In this document: one piece after another, positions 7,081 to 15,177 of the stretch
How positions within the stretch are numbered: position 1 is the first letter of the stretch
How the letters are laid out: the number at the start of each line of letters is the position of its first letter
Notes under the pieces: generated by a model
Told to the model about the DNA's origin: nothing
The model's database searches: none
Seen by the model: only the letters and a program-made list of their open reading frames with translations
Assembly (NCBI GenBank): GCA_035531115.1
Contig: DATKTP010000150.1
Span: 1-47,972 of the forward strand
From: Candidatus Deferrimicrobium sp.
GTDB taxonomy: Archaea > Asgardarchaeota > Lokiarchaeia > Helarchaeales > HEL-GB-A
Reading direction: 5' to 3'
Length of the DNA: 47,972 nt
Translations under genes and position numbers: made by a program

Positions 7081-9291
7081 CTAAAACATTTCATTTATTT
7101 GTTTAGATACAATTTTTACATCATCGGCGATCAGTAGAGCATCTCCCTCTTTATCAATTTTTAGTAATAAAAAGAGATTATCATTTATTGGGATCGCCAA
7201 AATATGGCCAAACCCTTTTATATTAGTAGCAATAAGCATATCTGTAGAAGCTTTTATCGTCGCGTATTTAGTATCCCCTAAAAATACTGAAGGCGCCTGT
7301 GCTTTCCAATTTTGGACTAATTTCGAAATATCGTTAGTTATGTCCCATAAATTCTGTTCCTTTGTTGTTTGATAAAAAATCGTTCCATTATAATCAATTA
7401 ATGCAAGATACAGTATTTCCGGGATTCCTAATAGACTATCAATAAAATTTAGAACTTCTGAAACTTTATCTTCTTCTGTATCGATTTCCTTACTTAAAAT
7501 TTCCGTATTATATGGTTGTTTATGTTGCTCTGGCTGAATATATGTTTCTATTTGCCCCTCGTTTGGTTTCATCAGGCTTTCAAATGATGGGGCCTTTGGA
7601 ATTTCTGGGATTATAAGGGAATTGATTGAAGAGGGGGAAATTGGTTTAGATGGTTGACTCTTTCCTAGAAGTTCTGAAGGGCGTAATAGTGGTGATTCGT
7701 CAATGATTGGAGTCGGACTTGGTGTAACTGGAGTATATGTAGAATCTGGGGTTCTTGTAGGAGGTGATGTAATAGGCATCTGTGGTAAATAAGGCGGTGT
7801 TTGTGGTTGGACTGGAGGTGTAACCTTTATAGGAATAGGTGTTATTGGGGTTACCACAGGTTCAGTAATTGCAGGTTTCCCACTCTTTTTAAATCTTCTT
7901 GAAGATTCTGAATTCAGCAATTTTTCTAACATCAATTCTCGATTCTTTTTTGAAACCATCATCAATTTATCTACTAACTTATTTTGAGCCGTTATCGGCA
8001 TCAATGGTAATTCTTCTTGAATTGTTCTAATATACGTCTCCCTTGCAAGTGTTTCATTTTCTGTTGGGGTTTCTTCAAGTATTTGTAGAGCCGTTTCAAC
8101 AGCTTCTTCTTTTGAGACGGTGGATCCTTCAGTAACTTTCTCATATTTTGCTTCCAATTCAAGAGTTTGATATTCAGTTTTCAATTTATCCTTAATTGCG
8201 ACGAGATGCATGAATTCGTCGATTGGAATCCGAATCCACCCCTTTTCTTCAAATTTTATAATAATTCTGAAAATGTCAAGGTAAGGTATTTGAGTTACCG
8301 TCTGTAAATCAAAAATTGAGTGTGCTCCATCCAATAATTCAAGAACGCGTTTCTCCTTCTCATCAAATCCCATAGTAAATGATACATTAGCAGTGAGAAT
8401 CGGTTTGATTAATAATTCAGGATGTGTTTTTTCCTCAACCGGTGCAACTTCAGCTTCTGCAGGCAGTTCTTCTTCTTCGGGAATTTTTACCGTCATCTTG
8501 ACAATTTTATTTTTCTCCATTTTTTCCAAAGTACTTTTTAGTTCTCTTTCAGAAATATTTAATTTATCTGCAATCTCTCTACATGTATTATTTCCATCAC
8601 ATAATTCGTTTATATCATAGCTTTTTTTGGAAATCATCCCTAATCTCACAGCTGTCTCTGGAAATTTCTTAATACTCACAGGACTAATTTCTACTTCCCC
8701 TTTAAATTCGAGTTTAAGCCATTCCTTCTCTTCATAACGACGGATAATATCTACCACATTTTTTCGTGGGATTCTTGTTTTATCAATTAGTTCTTTTATC
8801 GAATGACTTCCATCGCACAGCTTTAATACCCCTGATTCATCATCCGTCAATCCCATCGTTAATGATACAGTCTTTACTAATTTCGGCATAATATGCCCTT
8901 TTTCTTCTGTTACAATTGGTTTTGAGGTTGGTAATTCAATTGCAACTTTCAATTCATTGATAAAGTTACCAATCTTCGTTTTAAACGAGAGCAATTGCCC
9001 TTGATACCCTTTTTTTGTATAGAGAGCTAATAAAGTGTCATCTAATATTTTAAAAATCGCTAAATTTGTTCCTGCAAGTGGAAAAGCGTGCCCAAATATC
9101 GTCATTTGTTTAAATTCTGTAACATTGAATAATTTCAATAATTCTATGTGATTATCAAGCGCAGTACTTGCATATAATACGCTACCAGCCTTCAAAATAG
9201 CGATATAAACCCTTTCTAATAAGAGTTTCTCCATTTCACTCATTATATTTCCAGCGATCTCGTCTAAAGTTTTGGGCATATAATCCCCCAC
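7081..9291 (-). CDS. 736-aa multidomain scaffold: Roadblock-like N-domain, three winged-helix repeats, coiled coil, Pro-rich linker, profilin-like (or Roadblock-like) C-domain
   Basis: There are internal repeats at aa 137-197, 209-268 and 295-357 (LCDGSHSIKELIDKTRIPRKNVVDIIRRYEEKEWL / LCDGNNTCREIADKLNISERELKSTLEKMEKNKIV / LLDGAHSIFDLQTVTQIPYLDIFRIIIKFEEKGWI). The P/T/S-rich region covers aa 472-575. The C-terminal 127 aa carry the profilin-like motifs listed in the findings. Confidence 0.6.
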   Translation of the reverse strand: MGDYMPKTLDEIAGNIMSEMEKLLLERVYIAILKAGSVLYASTALDNHIELLKLFNVTEFKQMTIFGHAFPLAGTNLAIFKILDDTLLALYTKKGYQGQLLSFKTKIGNFINELKVAIELPTSKPIVTEEKGHIMPKLVKTVSLTMGLTDDESGVLKLCDGSHSIKELIDKTRIPRKNVVDIIRRYEEKEWLKLEFKGEVEISPVSIKKFPETAVRLGMISKKSYDINELCDGNNTCREIADKLNISERELKSTLEKMEKNKIVKMTVKIPEEEELPAEAEVAPVEEKTHPELLIKPILTANVSFTMGFDEKEKRVLELLDGAHSIFDLQTVTQIPYLDIFRIIIKFEEKGWIRIPIDEFMHLVAIKDKLKTEYQTLELEAKYEKVTEGSTVSKEEAVETALQILEETPTENETLARETYIRTIQEELPLMPITAQNKLVDKLMMVSKKNRELMLEKLLNSESSRRFKKSGKPAITEPVVTPITPIPIKVTPPVQPQTPPYLPQMPITSPPTRTPDSTYTPVTPSPTPIIDESPLLRPSELLGKSQPSKPISPSSINSLIIPEIPKAPSFESLMKPNEGQIETYIQPEQHKQPYNTEILSKEIDTEEDKVSEVLNFIDSLLGIPEILYLALIDYNGTIFYQTTKEQNLWDITNDISKLVQNWKAQAPSVFLGDTKYATIKASTDMLIATNIKGFGHILAIPINDNLFLLLKIDKEGDALLIADDVKIVSKQINEMF

Positions 9292-9415
9292 TATTTTTTT
9301 GTATCAATTTAGTATGTAGTGAATTAAAAAGATTTTTTCTTTTCGCATTTGTTAGATAAAAATACTTATTTAAGAAAAATATGAAAATACAATCCTAAAT
9401 ACCAAGGAGATTTTA

Positions 9416-10513
9416 ATGGGAAACTTAATTGAAAATGAGAGCGCTTTGATCTTGCAAGAATATAGTACTGATTATAATGAAGATAAGCCTGCCGATATCA
9501 AAATTTATTTGTCGATTACACCCGAAATTCATTATTCAATTCAGATAAACTTTGAAACCTATCCTGAAAAACCCAAACTTATCCTTCCCTCTCAATTGCA
9601 CGAGGATTTAGGGGAACCCGAAAGTCTTCTGCATGTTTTACATAACTGGAATCCCCAAAATCCTTCCCATGTCGTCGAAATTATCCATGAATTAGAAGAA
9701 TTTCTCCAACGAATAATACATCCGACTGATGAAATGGAGGAGATTACGATGGAGTTTAACGCTCACATGATCGGTCCTCACAAGATGCAGGTTACTCTTT
9801 TCTCATATAAAATGAAAGTCTTCGAATTTCAAATTTCCCAGAATAAGCCAGATCCGCCTCTTCTTATTCTAAGTCATGAACTTGAGAAAATTATCAAACC
9901 GAATGAACTTTATACTTTACAGAATTGGCAGAACTATCGCCTTATTGATATCTGTCGAGAGCTTTCCAAAAAAATTGACCACCGAACTCGAATTCTTGAT
10001 GAACTTAAATTACTAGAAAAGAGAACTGAATATCAAAAAATCATAAAAAAATGGAATGCCCAAGAATTGATAATCGGCATCCGAATTGAAATTGAAACTG
10101 GGGAAAATTGTGAAATTGATGTAATAATATTAGAGGAATTTCCTGTTGCGCCCCCAAATGTTGAGCTGATAAACACTAGTATGGGCGAGATCTCTGATGA
10201 TTTTAATAACTTTTTGCTCTCAATTTACAATGAATGGGTAAATGCAAACACTTTAGTGGAAATGCTTGACGATATACGAAATTTTCTTAAAAGCAAATCC
10301 AAACATATCTGTCAAATCTGTCATGAGTATAAATGTCCAAAATGCAATAAACCAATAAGAATTTTAAAAGTGGTGGGAATTTCAGGAGAAAACGAATGTA
10401 AACATCAATGTAATTCATGCAACTCTATGTTTCATAATTGTTGTTGGAGCGAACAAACAAAACTCACTCGAAAATGCCCCATCTGTTATATATCACTTTC
10501 TAGCGGATGGTAA
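9416..10513 (+). CDS. three tandem RWD/UBC-like (catalytic-Cys-less) folds followed by a C-terminal RING-type zinc finger; putative E3 ligase
   Basis: GGAGA lies 8 nt upstream of the ATG. The three repeats carry INFETYPEKPKLILPSQL, FQISQNKPDPPLLILSHEL and VIILEEFPVAPPNVELI, resembling the RWD YPxxxP strand-turn. Cys/His ligands are C299-x2-C302, C307-x2-C310, C328-x-H330-x-C332-x2-C335, H340, C342/C343 and C354-x2-C357. Confidence 0.55.
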   Translation: MGNLIENESALILQEYSTDYNEDKPADIKIYLSITPEIHYSIQINFETYPEKPKLILPSQLHEDLGEPESLLHVLHNWNPQNPSHVVEIIHELEEFLQRIIHPTDEMEEITMEFNAHMIGPHKMQVTLFSYKMKVFEFQISQNKPDPPLLILSHELEKIIKPNELYTLQNWQNYRLIDICRELSKKIDHRTRILDELKLLEKRTEYQKIIKKWNAQELIIGIRIEIETGENCEIDVIILEEFPVAPPNVELINTSMGEISDDFNNFLLSIYNEWVNANTLVEMLDDIRNFLKSKSKHICQICHEYKCPKCNKPIRILKVVGISGENECKHQCNSCNSMFHNCCWSEQTKLTRKCPICYISLSSGW

Positions 10514-10672
10514 GCGAAATTGAAAAAATCCGGAAGTCCTACTCGTCTAATAAAAAAATATACTTTATGTAACATTCGAAATCTTAAATTTTAAAGAAGT
10601 TATAATTTATAAATCTTGAAATTAACTTATATTTTATAACAATAAATCTATGATATTTACAGAGGAAGATCA

Positions 10673-11800
10673 ATGAGCGATGAAGAACGACCTAATAAAG
10701 GAAAACAAGACAAAAAAGATGACTCCTTCTTTTCTGATGTGTTAGATGCCTTGGATAAACCCGTTTCAGATGAAGCCAGTTCTCCTCAAGCAGGTGTTTA
10801 TCAACCAGATCAAAGTAGTATTCCCGCACAACCTAGTGTTCCACAAAGCCTATTTCCCTACGCTCCTGACATGAATGATCCAAACGCCTATCCCGATTTC
10901 CAAGGTGCAAAATTCTATGTCGATACCCGCGATTATTTCAAAGCTATTAGTAGCCTCACTAATATTCTTCGGGTTCAGCACGCTACTACGGATAAAAATA
11001 TGGCATCTGAATTAGTCTTAGAATTGGCTAAAACTGACCCTTCAATTCTCGATCCATTACTCCCTTATCTGATTTTAGTAGAAGATTCCGCAGATCCCAT
11101 TATAAATATGAATATTAATAATAGCTTGCTTTATCTTCGCGTATCCTACAATAACGTCGTTACCCGTCTAAAAGAGATCGTTAAATCTTTCGTAGAGTCA
11201 TATTATACGCAGTTTAATACGACTTACATTCCCTTTATCGATATTCTTACCCGAATAGGCACGAGTATAGAAGTCATTATCAAAATCTTAGAATTAATGA
11301 CGAAAAACAGAGAACTCACTGGGAAATTAGATTTTGCCGGTCAAGTATTCGCGTATGAACCACCTGGTGCCTTATACCTATGTCCACATTGCGGGATCGA
11401 ATTGAAAAAAGATGCAAATTTCTGTCCCAATTGCTTAAAAGAAGTCTTTAAATGTGCCATTTGTTTCCGCTTTATCAAGCCTGATGAGCTTGTCCGGTGT
11501 CCAAAATGCTCCATCCCCGCCCACGAACAACATTTTCTGGAATGGGTCAAGAAAACGGGGGCTTGTCCGAGCTGCCAAAACAAGCTCTACGAGCAGGAAG
11601 TCGCGAAAGTCCAGTGCATTGTGTGCAGTCTGGAAATTAAAAGTAGCGAGAAGGTAGAAAATCTAACTAAATGTCCAGCCTGCGGCGGAATCGCCCACAA
11701 AGATCATTTCCTAGATTACATTCGCATGTCGAATCACTGTCCCGAATGTAAGAAGCCAATCGATTACAAGGAATTAAAGAAGTTACTGAAGAAAAAATGA
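10673..11800 (+). CDS. protein with an acidic/PQ-rich N-terminus, a helical middle, one zinc ribbon and two tandem cross-brace (PHD/RING-H2-like) zinc fingers
   Basis: The zinc ribbon is CPHC-x12-CPNC. The first finger is C261-x2-C-x11-C-x2-C-x4-H-x2-H-x10-C-x2-C301. The second, C315-x2-C-x15-C-x2-C-x4-H-x2-H-x10-C-x2-C359, has the same pattern. H-x2-HF-x2-W resembles the RING-H2 core. Confidence 0.55.
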   Translation: MSDEERPNKGKQDKKDDSFFSDVLDALDKPVSDEASSPQAGVYQPDQSSIPAQPSVPQSLFPYAPDMNDPNAYPDFQGAKFYVDTRDYFKAISSLTNILRVQHATTDKNMASELVLELAKTDPSILDPLLPYLILVEDSADPIINMNINNSLLYLRVSYNNVVTRLKEIVKSFVESYYTQFNTTYIPFIDILTRIGTSIEVIIKILELMTKNRELTGKLDFAGQVFAYEPPGALYLCPHCGIELKKDANFCPNCLKEVFKCAICFRFIKPDELVRCPKCSIPAHEQHFLEWVKKTGACPSCQNKLYEQEVAKVQCIVCSLEIKSSEKVENLTKCPACGGIAHKDHFLDYIRMSNHCPECKKPIDYKELKKLLKKK

Positions 11801-11936
11801 ATCTTTATACCAATTTTCTTCCTAAAAATAGTTAGATTTTTAATTTCTCAAAAATTTTAAACTTTATCAAAATAAGTATCTTTTAAATTTTTCAAATTTT
11901 CTTTGAAGTATAAAATACCTCGTAGAGATGATGTAG

Positions 11937-13091
11937 ATGGATTTTTCAATTTCCAAAAAACAGCAAATGCTTCGTAAGATAACTCGTGAATTTGCTGAAA
12001 CACTCATTGCACCCATCGCAGAAGAGAGTGATCGCAGCTCCGAACTGGATCCTATCGTCTTTAACTTGATAAAAGAGATGAACTTTTTCGGAATTTGTAT
12101 TCCTAAGGAATATGGTGGTGCTGGATTACAAAATGATACAATTAGCTTTGCAATTATCGTCGAAGAAATTGGGCGGATTGACGCTTCATGGGCAATTACA
12201 GTTGGGGTTCATTGTAGTGTTGTCGCTTACCCACTGCTTATCTTTGGAACTGAGGAACAGAAACAAAAATTCTTAATCCCTCTTGCAAAAGGCGATAAAC
12301 TCGGGGCCTTTGCCCTAACGGAAGCCAATGCTGGTTCAGATGCAGCAAGCGTTGAAACAAGTGCTGTTTTAGATGGCGATGAATGGGTTTTAAATGGAAG
12401 TAAAATTTTTGCTACAAATGGAGGTATCGCTAAAACCTTACTTGTAGCTGCAAAAACAGGTCAGCGCGGCAGGAAAAGTATTTTCACGGTTTTTATTGTG
12501 GATACCGACACTCCAGGATTTAGCGTTGGAGTTAAAGAGGATAAATTAGGTGTTCGAGCTTCTAATACTTCAGAACTCGTCTTCCAGGATGTCAGAGTGC
12601 CGAAGGAAAATGTCCTTGGCGGAGTTGGAAATGGATTTAATATCGTATTAAAAATTCTGGATTTCGGGCGCATTCTGATAGCCGCTCAATGTGTGGGGTT
12701 AGGACAGGCTGCACTAGAAGCTTCTGTAAAGTATGCAAATGAAAGAGAACAGTTTGGTCGTAAAATAGGGCAATTTCAGGGGATCCAGTGGAAAATTACA
12801 GATATGGGTTGTGCAATTGAATCTGCCAGACTACTAACTTACAAAGCTGCCTATATGTGTGATCAAGGATTAGAATATGGACTGGCATCCTCCATGGCAA
12901 AGCTCGTGGCAAGCGAGGCTGCAATGCAAGCAACCCACTATGCAGTCCAAATCCACGGCGGGTATGGTTTAATGAAGTCCTACCAAGTCGAGAGGTACTT
13001 TCGAGATGCGAAGATGGCTGAAATCTATGAGGGCACCTCGGAAATACAGCGAATGGTCATAGCAACTCATCTATTAAGACAAACTTTATGA
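11937..13091 (+). CDS. acyl-CoA dehydrogenase (short/medium-chain type)
   Basis: It has the ACAD signature ALTEANAGSDAAS. The C-terminus reads QIHGGYGLMKSYQVERYFRDAKMAEIYEGTSEIQR and includes the catalytic Glu context. 384 aa. Confidence 0.9.
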   Translation: MDFSISKKQQMLRKITREFAETLIAPIAEESDRSSELDPIVFNLIKEMNFFGICIPKEYGGAGLQNDTISFAIIVEEIGRIDASWAITVGVHCSVVAYPLLIFGTEEQKQKFLIPLAKGDKLGAFALTEANAGSDAASVETSAVLDGDEWVLNGSKIFATNGGIAKTLLVAAKTGQRGRKSIFTVFIVDTDTPGFSVGVKEDKLGVRASNTSELVFQDVRVPKENVLGGVGNGFNIVLKILDFGRILIAAQCVGLGQAALEASVKYANEREQFGRKIGQFQGIQWKITDMGCAIESARLLTYKAAYMCDQGLEYGLASSMAKLVASEAAMQATHYAVQIHGGYGLMKSYQVERYFRDAKMAEIYEGTSEIQRMVIATHLLRQTL

Positions 13092-13916
13092 ATGGAGTGT
13101 GATAAGTTGAAAATTTTTGTTTGTATTAAGCAAGTACCTGGTGTTGCTGAGGTCAAAATTGATGCCAAGACTGGAAAGCTTGTCCGCGAAGGGGTCCTGA
13201 GTATAATCAATCCTGTTGATAAAAACGCCATTGAATTAGCATTACAGATCAAGGATCGAAAGCATGCAGAAGTGATAGCACTTAGTATGGGACCACCCCA
13301 AGCTGAAGAGGCATTATATGAGGCATTAGCAATGGGCGTTGATAATGCATTCCTTCTAACTGATAAAGAATTCGCTGGTGCGGATACCTTAGCTACGTCC
13401 TATACATTAGCACTCGCTATCAAACAAATTCTAAAGGACTCTGGGATAACTGAGCCATATCTTATTGTTTGTGGCTCCCAGGCAATTGATGGAGATACTG
13501 CACAAGTTGGTCCTGAGTTAGCAGAAGAATTAAACCTACCGCAGGTAACTAACGTTCAAAAATTCGAAATGATCGATGAACGCATCATTGTTGAAAGCAT
13601 CTTACGACCTGAAGAAATCGTAGTATTGGAGACAAAGTTACCCGCATTGATAACAGTTCTGAAAGTGATAAATACCCCCCGATTTCCAACCCTTATTGGA
13701 ATTGTGGAAGCCTATAAAGAAAAAAAAGTTACCCATTTAAATGCTAGTAAACTGAAAGCTGAGAAAGTTAAAATTGGCTTAACCGGTTCACAAACTCAAG
13801 TTTGGAAAATTTTTGTTCCTCAGCAAAAAGGGGAACACATAAAGTTATCAGGCTCTATAAATGAGATGGTAAAAGAATTATGCTTGAATTTAAAGGAAGA
13901 TAAAATATTGATCTGA
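13092..13916 (+). CDS. etfB: electron transfer flavoprotein beta subunit (EtfB)
   Basis: It has the VCIKQVPG N-terminus and AIDGDTAQVGPELAEELNLPQV. It begins directly after the ACAD stop. The true start may be the TTG at 13107 (LKIFVCIKQVP). Confidence 0.85.
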   Translation: MECDKLKIFVCIKQVPGVAEVKIDAKTGKLVREGVLSIINPVDKNAIELALQIKDRKHAEVIALSMGPPQAEEALYEALAMGVDNAFLLTDKEFAGADTLATSYTLALAIKQILKDSGITEPYLIVCGSQAIDGDTAQVGPELAEELNLPQVTNVQKFEMIDERIIVESILRPEEIVVLETKLPALITVLKVINTPRFPTLIGIVEAYKEKKVTHLNASKLKAEKVKIGLTGSQTQVWKIFVPQQKGEHIKLSGSINEMVKELCLNLKEDKILI

Positions 13917-13939
13917 AAATTTCTGGGGGATTGAATTAA

Positions 13940-15154
13940 ATGGGAATTAAAATTAATAGAGAATTATGCACAGGTTGTGAAAGTTGTATTTCTGCTTGCA
14001 CTTATGGTGGAATTAAAATTGTAAACAATCAAGCACAAATAACGGGGCAATGTAACCTGTGTGGGATTTGTGTAGAAGCATGTCCCGTTGGTGCGATTGA
14101 AATTGAAATGGAGGAAATTGCTGGGGAAGCTGTAGATATTTCACAATATCAAGGTATCTGGATTATTGGAGAACATTATAATAACAAAATACATAATGTC
14201 GTTTACCAATTGGCAGGCAGAGGTCGGGAACTAGCAGATAAATTGACTACCAGCCTAACAGTAGTTCTCCTAGGATCATATTTAGAGCATGAAATAGAAG
14301 AAATGGGTCATTATGGCGTAGATGAAATTATTTATATTAAATCTCCAGTATTAAGAGATTATTTTAATGAATTATATGTCAATATTTTAACAAAATTAAT
14401 AATCGAAAATAAACCAGAAATTGTGCTAATTGGAGCAACGCCAATAGGTCGTGATTTTGCCCCAAGAATCTCCAAACGTCTTGGAACGGGGCTCACTGCC
14501 GATTGTACAGGATTAGAAATAGAAACAGAAACGCGAAATTTACTCTTACAAACGCGTCCTACTTGGGGTGGAAAAATTATGGCTACCATTAAAACACCAA
14601 GTAGTCGCCCTCAGATGACTACAGTTAGACCTGGAATGTTTAAAGTGCCTGAAAAGAGTAAAAGAACCGTAAATATAAGGAAAATTGAAATGCATCTAAA
14701 TGAAGATGATTTATCTACAAAAATCGTAAAGATCATTAAGAAGGAAAAAAAACAGGTGAACCTTGAAGAGGCAGAAATTATTGTGGCAGGAGGCAGAGGT
14801 GTTGGAAGTAAAGAGAATTTTAAAATCATTGAAGAACTAGCAAAGCAATTAAATGCAGAAGTTGCAGGTTCCCGTGTTGCCGTTGAATTGGGTTGGATTG
14901 ATTCGCAACACCAAGTAGGACAGACCGGTAAAAGTGTATCACCAAAATTATATATTGCATGTGGTATTTCCGGGGCTATTCAACACCGCGTAGGTATTCA
15001 GAACTCGGATATCATTGTTGCCATTAATAAAGATCCGAATGCCGCAATTTTCGATATGGCCCATTATGGAATCGTCGGAGACCTTCATAAGGTCGTTCCA
15101 GCTTTAATAGAAGAAATTAAACGAATTAAATCAGAAGAGGAAATTAAAAAATAA
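13940..15154 (+). CDS. etfA: electron transfer flavoprotein alpha subunit (EtfA) with N-terminal 2x[4Fe-4S] ferredoxin domain
   Basis: The N-terminal Cys clusters are CTGCESCISAC and CNLCGICVEACP. The C-terminal FAD-binding signature is PKLYIACGISGAIQHRVGIQNSDIIVAINKDPNAAIF. Confidence 0.85.
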   Translation: MGIKINRELCTGCESCISACTYGGIKIVNNQAQITGQCNLCGICVEACPVGAIEIEMEEIAGEAVDISQYQGIWIIGEHYNNKIHNVVYQLAGRGRELADKLTTSLTVVLLGSYLEHEIEEMGHYGVDEIIYIKSPVLRDYFNELYVNILTKLIIENKPEIVLIGATPIGRDFAPRISKRLGTGLTADCTGLEIETETRNLLLQTRPTWGGKIMATIKTPSSRPQMTTVRPGMFKVPEKSKRTVNIRKIEMHLNEDDLSTKIVKIIKKEKKQVNLEEAEIIVAGGRGVGSKENFKIIEELAKQLNAEVAGSRVAVELGWIDSQHQVGQTGKSVSPKLYIACGISGAIQHRVGIQNSDIIVAINKDPNAAIFDMAHYGIVGDLHKVVPALIEEIKRIKSEEEIKK

Positions 15155-15177
15155 TGGAAAAATGAAAGAATATTAAA

